64,000 nucleotides of DNA from Lingula anatina (taxonomy: Eukaryota > Animalia > Brachiopoda): assembly GCA_051362555.1 (NCBI GenBank), contig CM120640.1, positions 14,012,001 to 14,076,000 of the forward strand, given 5' to 3'. The translations under genes were made by a program, and so were the position numbers. How positions within the stretch are numbered: the stretch's first letter is position 1; each line of letters begins with the position of its first letter. Under the pieces are notes generated by a model. It searched no databases and was not told where the DNA came from. It worked only from the letters and a program-made list of their open reading frames with translations. Shown here piece after piece: positions 25,501 through 38,200 of this stretch.

Positions 25501-26029
25501 CTCAGTTGATAAAACTATAGAACAATGAGTTGTAAACTTTTATCAATGTGGATGTTTGAAAATGTATATTTTAATATTTTAGGTTTGATCAGAATAGCAC
25601 AGACCTTAGGCTGTTGAAGGCAAGTGTTTCAAATAATGTGGTTTGTATTAACACCAGTCACATGTCTTATGAAACCTTTAGCACTTTTACTTGAAAACTA
25701 TAGAATAATCTAGAAAGGAATATTTAGAGCCTTACAATATTTCTAAGTAATATAGAATAATTATCTGAATTGAATTAAAGTCTGAAATATTCCGCTTATA
25801 GTGTATAATATTTGTTCTCAGAATAAAGTCACAGTACATAACAATCTGTCTGTCAATTGTGTTCCAGGCCCCAGCCGAGTCCACAGAAAACTCTGTCCCA
25901 CCTCCAACCTCAACGTCTCCAGTGGTGTCCACACAGGACAGCAACTCTGAGGCCCCCAGCTCCTCCACAACTGCTACCACCACCACCACCTCTACCCCAC
26001 AGCACTATGAGGAAATAGCAGCAGGTTAC

Positions 26030-26064
<35 letters not shown>

Positions 26065-27921
26065 GGGGAGGGGTGGATGAGGGAGTTCACAGTGATTTAG
26101 GGAGTAAAATAGATATTTTTTTTGGGGGGGGGGGGTGGATGAGGGAGTTCACAGTGATTTAGGATGTGAAATAGTAAGATATCTTGTTCTGGTTACATAT
26201 AAATATTTAACAAGTTAAGTTAGCATGTTTGAGTAATTTTTTAAAAAAATATTTTGCAGTTCTTGTTCAGTTAAAGTTATTCAGTCCACATTCAACTTAT
26301 GAGTGTTACCTTCAAGATGTTGTTTTTTTATGGCCAAATTATCTAAAGAAGGTGACTTTCCGGACACTTGAACTATCCTCTTTAACTATCATTTAATTTC
26401 AATGAAATGACACAGTGTTATTGAGAATTTCACTTGGTTTTTGAAGGACATGCTTACGCTACTTCCTCCCTCCTAACTGGGTCATGGACAAAGAGGCGGT
26501 GTCCGGCCTGTCTCTGCAGGAACTAGCCGCCTTCCCACTAGAAGACTTCTTTGATCATTATGAGAAAGGCCTGAGAAAGGTAATGGAAAAACAGAAGAAA
26601 ACAAGCAGTGGACTTGTGGCTATTGTGTGCACTAGGAAAAACACTATTTGTTACATGGTCAGAGTAAATAACAGTGTCCTGAGCTACAAGTATGACTTTC
26701 TGGTTACTTGATATCAGCTTCAATGTATCTTTGTTACTCAATTTGTTTCATAATGAATATAAAGCTGCTTTTAAGTGTTTTAAAATATTTTAATCTTAAA
26801 ATATTACACATACTGTTTTATCTGTGAAAGACTTAAAATTTGTTTCTTTTTAGTTGGTGAATAATTTCCAAGCTGATGCACTCAATAAACAGCAGGAGGC
26901 GGAGAGTGCAAAATCCAAACTGTCAAATGTCAGGAAGATGATCGCCAAGCTTTTAAAATCCATTAATGAGGTATAGAACAGCTCTTTTGTTAATACTTTG
27001 AAATCCGGTGAAAAGTTTCTAAGCTTAGGTGGGCGTATGAAAAATATTGCTGGAATAAAGTGCTGATAATGAATGTGAGCAACTGTCACCTTCAGTTGTT
27101 CAAAAGAAGACCAGTTTCAAACATGTACAAAACCATTAGCTCTGTCCACTCTGTTCAGCACAATGTTACAATTTGGTCATTCATTTTAATAATGCTCATA
27201 AATTTGTTTGGGCTGGTAAATCAAGAATTTCTCAACTTTTTTCATCTGTTTGGTGCAGTTAAATCTCCTGATCTGATCTGTTCAGAGTATGGCCCAGTGC
27301 ACATAGCAGAGCTAATGAAATATTCATCCACACAGATGTGAAGCTATTAAGTTTTGTTATCATAAACAATTTGCCGGAGATGACATTTGCTCCACTGCGC
27401 TCAGGAGTACATGGTGGATTTTGCTGGCATGAAGCAATTTTAATTGATTTACTGTGAGATTATATGTTGAGAAATGTGATATTCATAATTTGTTTTGGAA
27501 TAAAGACCTTGTTTGTGGTAATACATATAAAGAGACCCAAGGACAAATCTTAAATGAATTATAGACATTTTTGATATTTTTTATATGGTACACCACAGAT
27601 AACTTGTTAAGATATGGTAACAGATACTTTCTCTCTCCTATGAGAACAGCTGCCTTTGGTTAGCTGTGAACCTAGGGGTGAGAGAGAGTTGCCCAGGCCC
27701 TGTACATGGCTCTGGCACCAACCCCACTAGATTGACGAAATGAAGTACTAGGGAGGGGTTTCTCCATGGCTATCTGTATAGTGAACTGTTATATGTATGT
27801 GTTATTAATTTTGCAGGACTTTGATATAGACCCAGAGGCAGACACAGACCAAGTTGATGAACTTCTCTCGATATGTGTAAAGCAAGCTCTAGCTCAGCAG
27901 CAAAGTGATGGATCTGACTAA
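2300..27921 (+). CDS. MORC2: MORC family CW-type zinc finger ATPase MORC2 (5'-partial; 28 coding exons in window, about 1022 codons)
   Basis: Exons: 2300-2353, 6402-6436, 11355-11423, 11739-11829, 13108-13216, 13586-13660, 13860-14080, 14488-14696, 15222-15304, 15752-15837, 16368-16508, 16847-17001, 17362-17386, 17523-17626, 17901-18006, 18261-18354, 18551-18589, 18765-18917, 19139-19447, 19798-19926, 20072-20165, 20357-20399, 21794-21883, 25583-25619, 25868-26031, 26447-26579, 26854-26970, 27817-27921 (TAA). All phases join into one open frame. GHKL motifs [43 protein letters not shown]; MORC2-type PERRSFRAY and [24 protein letters not shown]; CW finger [19 protein letters not shown]; chromo-like [26 protein letters not shown]; C-terminal CLRYFLPP and coiled coil. 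The ATG-containing exon was not found in 1-2299. Confidence 0.97.
2955..3203. mobile_element. Fold-back/MITE-like element with about 95-bp imperfect inverted arms
   Basis: CTTATAAACAGATTAGACATTTACTAACACTA..CCATATTAACCA (2955-3050) is the reverse complement of about 3107-3203. Confidence 0.7.
4298..4945 (+). mobile_element. Penelope-like retroelement 3' relic (GIY-YIG endonuclease pseudo-ORF plus pLTR-like tail) in a MORC2 intron
   Basis: [51 protein letters not shown], then a stop at 4586-4588, a frameshift, and [20 protein letters not shown]. This is the characteristic C-terminal GIY-YIG domain of Penelope elements. The reverse transcriptase part is absent. Confidence 0.85.
5008..5329. mobile_element. 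Degenerate TIR element (Kolobok-like MITE)
   Basis: GGGGGTTGTACTTCCAAGCTGAA versus reverse-complemented GGGGAGGTTAACTCCCCAAACCGAA. Flanks ATAA and TTGA resemble a decayed TTAA TSD. Confidence 0.4.
7333..7681 (+). pseudogene. Harbinger DDE (DDE_Tnp_4-type) transposase C-terminal fragment
   Basis: [40 protein letters not shown]../..[34 protein letters not shown]. Contains in-frame stops and a small insertion causing a frameshift. Confidence 0.85.
7822..8018 (-). pseudogene. Last exon of the Harbinger second (Myb/SANT-type partner) ORF, coiled-coil tail
   Basis: Acceptor ttttttcag, then [64 protein letters not shown], convergent with the transposase fragment. The Myb domain itself is not seen. 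Confidence 0.6.
8555..9505. repeat. 161-bp tandem array (5 near-identical units plus 1 diverged unit)
   Basis: The unit start ACCGATAACACGATAAGTGGAAAACC recurs at 8555, 8716, 8877, 9038 and 9199, and in diverged form at 9360. Confidence 0.96.
9903..10600. repeat. About 359-bp tandem duplication inside the HINE
   Basis: TTGGCATTTTCAAGGTGTGACTTT starts at 9903 and 10262 with colinear similarity along the whole unit. A more diverged dimer of about 190 bp precedes it (about 9507-9885). Confidence 0.9.
14738..14906. mobile_element. Short hAT-like MITE with 5-bp TSD in a MORC2 intron
   Basis: TIR CAGGGGCGGA / TCCGCCCCTG; exact TSD TAAGC at 14733-14737 and 14907-14911; three internal GGAAGAC[G/T]GTCA repeats. 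Confidence 0.8.
21195..21270. repeat. (TAAT)n/(TTTA)n tetranucleotide microsatellite
   Basis: Seen directly in the sequence. Confidence 0.9.
22498..22550. repeat. Poly-T tract (about 53 nt)
   Basis: Seen directly in the sequence; homopolymer length may be assembly-dependent. Confidence 0.9.
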
Positions 27922-28960
27922 GTCTCTGTCTCACACAGTAGCAGCCAAGGAGGAACGCGTTGAAAAGAAATACTAGGATACGCTGAGAGTCACTGGAAGC
28001 TACCAGATGAAACCAGGAAAAAATGATAAGGAGCAAAGCAGTGTTGCCCCTAGTAGCAGGTGTAAAGATGCAGGAGCATAGTTTTTGGGCCCAGGAAAAA
28101 AAACCAACATTTGTCAGTCCCACCCCCTCGTGTTCACATAGGGAAATAGACTCAGGCCATGAGAGTCCCTTTGCAAAAACAAACAACAAATATGAAAAGG
28201 TGTGTGTACAGTACAGTGCTGCAGGCACATGGAAGTTGATCTGACAGGACAGTGCATCTATATACTGGATACATTAACAAGTTCTCTACTGCTGCTCGTG
28301 TGAATTGGTGCCCTGCGTGTATTGGCATCGAGACGAACGGGGCAGGCGACATAGAGAACTTACACCAGAAAACAATATTCATCCTGTTGTTGTTCTTTAC
28401 GTGGGAGGATGAGGAGGAGGTCAGACTCCTTAGAGTCTTCTTCCATTTTTAAACATCATGCTGAAAATGTTGTAGAAGTTGGCTGCTTCAGTTGGTTTGC
28501 TACTTAAACAGCACCAGGTTTTTTAATTGGAAGACGAGGCTAATATTTTTTTTTCTCTCTGTAAGGCACATTTTATCCTATCATTTACACATTTTACACA
28601 TCATGTAACCTGGCATAGTAGAATTAGCTTCTTGTTTTTAAAAGAAGGTCATTTTAGCTGTAGTTAAACCGTGCTCCGTATATCCTTTGAAGAGAACATG
28701 TCAACGATGTTTTTAGTCCCTCAGTGCACTTGTAGTTGTAGTTAGTCTTCACTAAGAAGTCTAGCAACCTGCACAGAGTTTTTCAGTTACGAAGGAAATT
28801 TAATTAGGGTCCAAATGTAGCGCAAGTGATGTTAAAGGTACAATTAGCTCTTGGTGTATATATAAATATATATACATATACATATATTTAGTTAAAATAA
28901 TCAGGCTTAATATGCTCTAGATTCTTACTGTACGTAAATGTCTGTCTTATCATTGCCACT

Positions 28961-29039
28961 ATTAAATGCCATTTTTATCAGAAGCTTAATGTCATCATAG
29001 TGTTGATATTTCATGAAGACTATTGTTATTTTATTTATT
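28961..29039. terminator. Opposed candidate poly(A) signals of MORC2 (+, ATTAAA 28961-28966) and Tbx6 (-, AATAAA 29030-29039)
   Basis: Hexamers seen directly between the two convergent stop codons. Actual usage is unproven. Confidence 0.4.
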
Positions 29040-29780
29040 GGATTCGCATGGAAGTGTGCGCTTCGTTTTGATCTACCAGTTCATGACGCGTCATCCTTTC
29101 ACAGTGCCCGTGTCAACACTAACGCCGGCTTAATTCTATTCAAATAATTTATTATCGTTATGTGTTGAAAATACACTGCATTCATTTTACGAACAACAAC
29201 TTCATATTTTGACTGAAAAAGCACAAATGTTGCGGGGAAATTTGCCGTCTTTGGTTTTCTGACTAGATTCAATGTTACAGAGGTTTACTGAAAGCAGTTG
29301 AGAACCTTTTAAAAACAACTGTCCACGGCACATGAGTATGTAACCAGAAAGATGAGGTAATTTACATATTGATGTAGATAGGCTGAAATAGTGAAATATA
29401 TGATGTAAATATACAGGATTGCAGGATGAAAAATCCACGGTGGTGCGTTAACAATTAATTATCTCGAGTTAAAAACAATGTGCAAAAGACATACAGTTAA
29501 CGACTAGTCCGTTGACATAACATTTGTCGGTTGGCTTAAGCCTTGTGTCCATGCAATGTTATCAGCTTTCTACAGACCTCTTTATCTGTTTCAGTCCGCG
29601 GAAGAAAAGAAAAGTCCCTGAGACACCGCTTTGCCTTTGCGTCGGTCATGTATTGCACTTTTCAAGTGAGACAGACTTATTTTGCAGTTCACAAACACCA
29701 AGACCAACCTAGTGGCGGCGCTTTCGTCGGGAGTGTTAGGTTTTCGGCTTGAGAATTTTTTTTCAAATGGTTTTCCTCGC

Positions 29781-32700
29781 TCATCTTGCTAGTGAGGGCG
29801 TTCCATTTGAGCCGTTGATGCCTGCTCCGTGAGCTGGGAAGGGTTGACTCCTCACGTACGTGCATGACGGGAGCGCGGAGTGAGCGGGCGGGGGCGTGGA
29901 CGCCATGCCGTACATCGCCGCCGTCGACTGAGCAAACGCGCACGCGCTACTGTATGAAGGAATAACGCCTCGCTGACTGAAAGAAATGGCCGTCGTTACC
30001 GGCTGGAGGAGATTGGGGCTGCTGGTGGGTTGGTGGAACATGCTGGAAGCTGGTAAAGACATTCCTGGCGGGAAGAACATTCTGTCGTCTGCTGGGATCC
30101 GGCACGAGGTCAAAGACTGTGGAACTGGCGTGAAACTCATTGCTGAACTTTGACTTAGAAAAGGGTTGTTGTGGGGACTAGACATACTTCTTGCTTTCGG
30201 TTGCACACTGTCCTTAAAGCCGTTGGGCTCAGACGCGGCAGTTGGGCTGGAAAATTCGCTGTCCTTTTTAGTTGTCGAATCTACTGGGGATAGTACACCA
30301 CTTGGGTTGTTGTTGTTGCACTCCAACGTGTCCAGCTTGTGACGCTTTCTGTCTTGTGCGTCTGTGAAATAAGATAATTTTCCAATAAAAAAAACGTACC
30401 GTAACTTTAGTGATCGACTTAATTTGACAAATGATATATTATAAGTAAAGCAATTAATATTTAAAAAAAACTTTAATTTTAGTGAATAATAATAATGTGG
30501 AACACATCATACAACACTTTCTCAAAGTAATGCAGTTAGAAATTTAGAACATGAACAAAAGAACATCCCAAGGTTTCCAAAGATGAGTCATTTCACCAGG
30601 TAAAACACGGACGCAAGTCCTTTCCTGTTTTCGAGGTGCAATTTCAAGGTCGGAAAGGTAGGACAGCGTAATCGGGTGGGTTCCGCGGGTCTATGTTTTT
30701 ATAGAACAAATGTCCGTAAATGGCATTAAGCAAAGCATGCGCACATTTATAATAATAATAATATTTATCGGAAAATGTTTCAATTTCTTTTATCTGGATC
30801 TTACCTTTATCGTTATCCGAATCTGATGAGTCTACAATAGATAGTCTCTTTAATTGGAGTTTGTTGTCTCTGAAATATAAAAAACCAGAATAAGCCATGG
30901 ATACTGAGGCTGATATGCATCAAACATAAATTGGCAATTATTATGTTTAGATTTGTAATATGACCCTCTAAATAATTTCAACTAATACGGATTGAATTAC
31001 TGTCAGACACCCGAGTCCGTGCCTCTTTAAACAGTGATTAATCATTTATTTCTTTATCATATGTATTGTTCCAGTGAATGTTTTTTTTAAGGTTTCGCCT
31101 GGTTGACTTTTTTTGTTTTGTTAAAAAGGAGGCTGAGAGTCTCTTTCCCACATTTGTCTACATTTTCCATTTTCACGTAATAGTTCTTTCACAGTATGAT
31201 AAATAATTCAAGCTAAAACATGCAATTTTTTCGCTAAATGAATTACTAAGGATTGATGTCTATAATAAGGCTCCACTAATTTCCCATAGAAATTGACTTT
31301 GTTGTTGCCAAATTTGATTCCCGTGGTCCCTTGGAGATTTACAATATTAGAAGGAAATAACTCTCTTTTCTCTTAGTTCAACAAATTTGTTATGATAAGT
31401 CGCTTATGATATTGCTAATTTACACTAATATCAATTGGCTATTATATTAATTACATCAAAAGCATTACGGTATTGACAGATATTAGAAGAGGATTAAATT
31501 TTCATTGTTGATGTTGATAACGCATCAGTTTTGATTCGTCTGACGCGAGTCAATTACTCTATGTGAAACCAATACGCCCAGGATAGACTAAATTCGCAGT
31601 GACATTTTGAGGAAATGAATATAATTGTCTTGGTGATGACCAAAGCGAGAAAAAAATATATGGACAAAATGAACATGATCAATTTAAAAGATGACCAAAT
31701 CATGAACTTACCGTCGGCCAAGCCCATTATCTCTGAAGCCCTTCGCAAATGGGTTGTTGTCAATCTTGAGCTGAGTAATCTGGAATTAACCAAGAAATGA
31801 ACTAATGATGATGGCTCCCGGAAAAATGGAACGATTCTCATTACGCCACTGTCACTTTCTGCACGTTGATCTATATTTCAACGCGGAATAATTAATGTGA
31901 GAGAGTCATCCGGGGGGATCCGTTGACTAGAAAAGCTAATGCTTATGCTCGTACTTCTTTCCGTGATATCTTCAAGTCACCTCCATAAAAATGAGTTTTA
32001 ACAAATATTTTAATAGTTTATATAATATGATATCTGATTTTTAAATTGTTTTCATTTTTGTGACCTTTGCTCTTAGGATACACTTGAATGTTTAAACTGA
32101 CGGGTTTTTACGCAATAATTAAAGTTAAATATAAAATAAAAAAACTGCTCACAGAGCAAGGGCTTGCGAACTATTATACAACAATTTAGCGTCTATGGGT
32201 GCCAGTAAAATGCCTGTTCAACATGGTGCACGTGCACGCTGTTGTCGCAAACGTTCGTGGTCTACTGAACTTCGCACAGGCTCTTATGGTCAGGCTACTC
32301 TCTGACCACACGGGTTGCTACTAGTCTGTTACAAAACTGCTGAAAAGTCTCAACACTTTTCATACAGGCTATACTAGAGACCCTTGTGATATCAGATATT
32401 GGCCATGGTATAATTGTTTTTCTGCTCTGTAATGTGAGAACTGTGAACCATAACACGTTCACGTTTTCCTTTGCACCAGGATAAAGTATGCTTATACATC
32501 TCAGACTTGGATGAAATTAGGTAAATTGTTAGAAGCCATGGCCTTGTATAATTTTACGCAACTTGGCGAGTTAACATAGAAAATAAAAGAAAAACACAAT
32601 TCTTTTAATTGTCTACGGGATTTCACATGTTAATTTCAAATTTTTAAAGTAAGTTTTAATATAGACAAAAGGCATGATCCCCCGGATGAAACTTTGTAAG

Positions 32701-35231
32701 TTGGAAGAAGTCATGACCTAATATCACTTCATGTAATTTGATGTGATTACACCATAAATGAAAAAATACAGAACTTTTTTAAATTGTCAATTGGCTTTGT
32801 CCATGTTAATTTCAAAACTTTGAAAATGTTCTACATAACGATATGATCAATAAATATGGTCCTTAATAGGGTGCATCCAAGACCAATAAATAATATCCAA
32901 AAATATTTTTGAAAACAAAATTTCTAAAATTGAGGCCTCTAACGTGCAACAAAAATTTGACCACAAACAAACTAAATAACAGAACAATATACTTGCAAAA
33001 AAAAAATTCGCAAGTTGAAGTAATAATGCATACTGCATGCAACATAATGGTAAGCCAGGCAATGTTAAATCGGTGCGTTACGCGTCGTCCTTAATGGCAT
33101 CAGTATTATTTTCACGCCACATTGGATTAATCTTAAACAGGAGACTCTGTCAATAGCTGAATTAAAATGAGCAACTTGCCTGTTCGTTTTGATACGCTGT
33201 CACAGCTATGAAGGTGGTTTCTTCGAAAGAGTACGTGCTGAAGGAGGTCCACCTCATGGAAAAGATGTCATTGGCCTGAACCACATGTACGCGAGGTTGA
33301 TACTTGTGCATGGAGTTCAGGATTATCTGAAAAAGGAAGAAAAGAAAAGGTCCATATTACGTAGATGAAGAAATAAAATGTGAGAAGAATTGTTGAATGG
33401 TTGACTTTTCTTTATTTTTTCGCAAACTTATTCGAAATGCTGTTATTTATTTAAAAAATACATTACAAATAAAACAGTTTTATTTCGGAAATTATTATTT
33501 GTAAACACCATACGAACCACATCTCAATCAAACAAGAAAAAAACATGTACTTTAGAAAAATGCAAAAATACGAGAGACGAACCAAAAAGCAAAAAAAGAT
33601 TATATTGCGTGGCGTATCTTAAATCTCTAAAAATTCGATTTATTGTGAGGCGCCTGCTGAAAATGTAGCAGAAAGCTCCCAGAATACCAATATTCTCTAC
33701 CAAAATGTGCAATTTTCCTGTAATGACTTGGTGAGCAAAGGTGAGAATGCATCGGCTCCATAAATGAAAAGTGGAAGGCTGGGTGTGAAAGTGGGAGCTG
33801 GGAATCCCTTAGGAAGGCATTGGACTGGTTATAGCTCGACTAAGTCTGCACTGTGCAGTGTTAATCTTATAATGGAGATTTACGGCCTTTCGTTTCTAAC
33901 TCGCCAACATGAAAGTTTTATGCGCTAGTCGTAATCACCTATGTTATTACCCTGTAGTGAAATCTTCGTTGCTCCCTTGAGTGAGCAAAAACCGCGTCAG
34001 AGTCGTCATTGTTGACTTGGGTAACTTACCGGAGAGAGATTTTATTCACGGGAGAGACTGGTAAAGAGCAATTACCACAATTTGACACATTGGCGCCATT
34101 TCATTTCTAAAGTTTCGGAATAGTAACACGCATTGTGGAGAATTTCAGCTAATTTGGGAGAGATAAGTGAGCAATTTGTATCGATTCAAATGCAATTTAC
34201 TCAATGAGAAAACAACTGGATTTGTGGACATCTTTGGTGCCTTGTAATATTTTCCATCTTGAATTTTAATAAAATGATCTGTACTTTTGAACCACGTGTA
34301 GTAGAATAGGCTTATTTTCTGTGTATATATCGCACAACCCTCTGTAGCCAATTAACAAATTTCTTGTATTTGGTCTATAAATTTTGCATTCTTAAACACA
34401 TTACATTTATTGAGAACTTACAACCGAAAAAATAGAAAGACATTTTTTTTCATATTCATTCTAAATTACCGCCTAGTGTGTGAAAATAATAACTTTGTTC
34501 ATTGTGCTCAAAGTGAACGTATTAAAGGTTTTGAATTTGATTTGAACTCATATTTTCTGTTTCTTTTTTTTCCTAGATCATTTTATTTATTTATTTATTA
34601 TTTATTTATTATTTGTTTATTTATTTATATTGTCGTTGCAATTGTTATCATTCTTCTCTATAACAACTGAGAAAATCCTCACCACTCTCATCTTTGCGCA
34701 CAAGAAAGTCTTGAACTAGCATATTGTCTGAAAGTTATTAAAACTAGCAAACAATTCATTGTGGAAATTACAAGATGGTTTCATTTTTTTTAACAATCAT
34801 TTTTTTTAACAGCGAGGAAGTTTAAAGAGGCTAGTTCTAGTGACGAGAGGGTGTAGATTCTGTGGGGAGGGGGTAATATCTCCAATGTTAAATGCTTATC
34901 ATGATACCTACATGGCCGTTTTGGTCCATATTGTTATTCGTCAGCTTGAGTTTGTGGAAAGAGACCGACTGCTTCATCCAGTGCGCTCCGGAAGATGGGG
35001 AATCCGGGTGAATATACAACCTCCCCGGCATATGAGGCTCGGCCTTCCCCGTGACCACCCACTCGGAGTTGTGGTACTTGTAGCGGCAGTCGTCCACGGG
35101 GATGATATCCACTAGGAGGATGTACTTAGCATGGGGGTCGAGGCCGGATAAACTGGCTTTGAAAGTCGGGAACATGCGCCTAGAAAAGATAAAATTGATA
35201 TCAGTGAGGAAATCATATTCATATTGATACC

Positions 35232-35263
<32 letters not shown>

Positions 35264-38200
35264 AGAAAAAAAATGAAAAATAAAGAAGAAACTTTTATTT
35301 GTTGCAGAGAATAATTCAGGATCCTGTTGATTAACTGATCATTCATTTATTATGGTTTCTTCATAAATTTGCTAATTGGTTAATTTGTTTACTTCAAATG
35401 GGAATTTTTAATTACAACAGTAAAACACAAGGGATGAAGGCCAGGTTTATTTTAACATGTCAAAATTAATAAAATTATATCATAAATGCACACGGTCTTA
35501 ATACATACATTTTCATCAGTTTGCAAATTAAATTTTCATCATTATTTACTTATTATTTATTCGTTAACTTTTTATCATTTATTTATTCATTTTTTGCCAT
35601 CTTATCTATCTTTGAGTTTAATACAGTTTTTGTCTTTTTTCTCGACCTTTTTTTGGCATGGCAAACAAAGCTTGGCATATAAATATAAATATAAAGTATG
35701 GTTTGAAATTTTTTTTTTTTATTTCTGATAAATTTGATACTTTGATAATTTCACATCAAAGTACAACTGGTTTGCCGTAACAGGCAAGTAGTTTAGAAGC
35801 GTGCGCTGTGCCAGCCAAACTCTCTCCAATGTAATTCAATGCCGTTTGGAATCGCACTCAAAAGTACTTAATGCCCGCTCTAACAGTATAAATATTAGTG
35901 AAACGGGATTATTCCTTTTATGCAGCCACAATTATGATGATTTAATATGCGATTCAACGACATTACCTTTTAATCCGCTCTAAATCCTAGGCCTCGAAGC
36001 AAAGGCTATGAATTAATGAGCGAAATAATATACAGTAAGGGGACAAGAATGCGATCGAGGTATTTAAGTTCACAGCTATTATTATGAGGAAATGTGTGTA
36101 AATTTTCGTTGCAACAAATATAGGATTAATAAGGTCTTAATTTGGCCAAGTGACCGTTTCATATACGTCTCGTTAATAAAAATAATAATAATCCCAGTGC
36201 AGATTAGTAGAATTTCTTTGCCATAGATTTTTAATGTCACAGAGAGCACCAGTTTGTGTGAACGGCCGAACATCTGCACAAGATTAGGATTGAGGTATTA
36301 ATTCAACCCTATCGATACGTACATACTGATATGTAAGGTAAACGCTTTGTTTATTTTTGCAGGTAAAGGAAATAAAGAATTGTATTTAATAACCCAAATG
36401 CCACTAAGAACTCTTCTCTGTTGAAGTAATTACCATTCTTGCTTTAGTTCTTTAGTTCCCTATAATCAATCTTAATAAGATTAGAAATTTATCCCAGATT
36501 ACAAGATATTTATCAAACGACTGAAGCAACAGAAACTCACCCAATGACCCCCAAATACATTTCACTCGAACCGACATCCTAATTACTCAAATTATTATTA
36601 TATTATATTATTATTATATTATTCATACTTTCGAGTATTTGAAAAAATATTGCTCTGTTGAAGCCAAGTATACATGATCGTCCTAGTTCAAATTAAACGA
36701 AATTATGCATATTGGTTTTTGGCGTAACAAGTATGATATTTAAAAATCATAATGAATTGCAAGTAGGCCCTAGAAGTATACGAACTTTAAAATTCTCTAC
36801 CCACTTTATTCGAACTTCACTGAGACCAGGACCCTAACAATAATCATCACGCACTTGACATGGATATGTTTATCTATGATGCGAGTATGTGCAAGGCCTT
36901 GTCAACAACCTTTGTGGCAGCCGTATCTAAACAGAGCTTGTTACGGAGAGTTAGGCAGATCACTCGCTCACTGAACTAACGTAAAAACTTGCAAAAAGGA
37001 AAAGAGTCGATCGCCGAAAAAATCGCACAGGTGAAACTAGAGAATAGAGCGGCACGTTTTAGTTCGAAGGCCACGGCGGAGCCGTGGGGGCGAGGGACAA
37101 AAATCGACCAAATGGGTCACTAGAATATCACCCGAAGCCTAAAGCCAATACAAACAACTACCATTGATTCTAAATTGGTGATATTTTTACCTCAAAGATT
37201 CGATTTGAATTAAAGAAGAGCCGCCTATACATTTACGTTTTATTTACAAAACTAAGTTTAATTTTGGTATACATTTTTTTTCAACTATTTTCCCCTCATA
37301 ACCACAGACAACATGAAGTTACGCTCTTTCCTTATTTTTGAAACTTGTTTAACCTTAGACAACTAACCTATGACTATGACTTTTGGTCTGCAGTCTTGAT
37401 TAATGATTTCTTAGATTCACGCGTCACGGTCAAAAGTTAAAACACCATTACTAAGCAAGTTCAGTTCAACGTTTAGTGAACAAAGACTGTGATAACCCTC
37501 GTGACCTAAGGCGATAGTGCGTGATCATGCGAATCAATGTCCAAGCATTAGCGTCTTGCAGGCAAAATTTGTTCTTTTTTATATCAAGATTCTAGCTACG
37601 TTTCAATTGGAAATTTTCAATGACTTAAACGACAATATGTAATCAAAGTTATTGAAAAAATTCAATTGATAACTTGAATAACATCATGTTAAATTTGCTA
37701 ATGCAAAGACATCTTGTTGTACATACGCTGATCTGTTGTAAGAAAGACTCAGCCAGTGTCATTTTGCACATTTCCTTCCCTCATTTTTTTTAGTTTGTGG
37801 GTTTTTTAGTTCTCGTGACATTTTACACATGATTATGAATCTCAGGCTGTTTATCTAAACACGTCGTATCTACAGCCACTATAATTTCTACCAGATAACC
37901 AGGCGTGTGAGAGTTAGTGGGGGGAGGTTAGATCTACAGTGCGTGAAATTCCCACCGGTCAATAGGTTAAAAAGGGCATCGACCGTATCGACTGTGCGTG
38001 AGGAGTATGATTTTTTCCAACAAAACAATGACCACATGCCAAGTGGTCAACGATTAAAAAATTCCAGGTGTATACTGATGGAGCTGTATGTCATTGAAGA
38101 AATGTTTTGTTTTTTCCTACAACAACACATTGTATTTTCTGTGTGGTCTCTTGTAATTGAGTGCAAATCTATCAGCATTGATCGGATGAAAATCAATCAG

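Noticed and set aside
27770-28452. Several 66-152 aa ORFs in the MORC2 3' region
   Set aside because: They overlap the last exon and 3' UTR and have no recognisable motifs.
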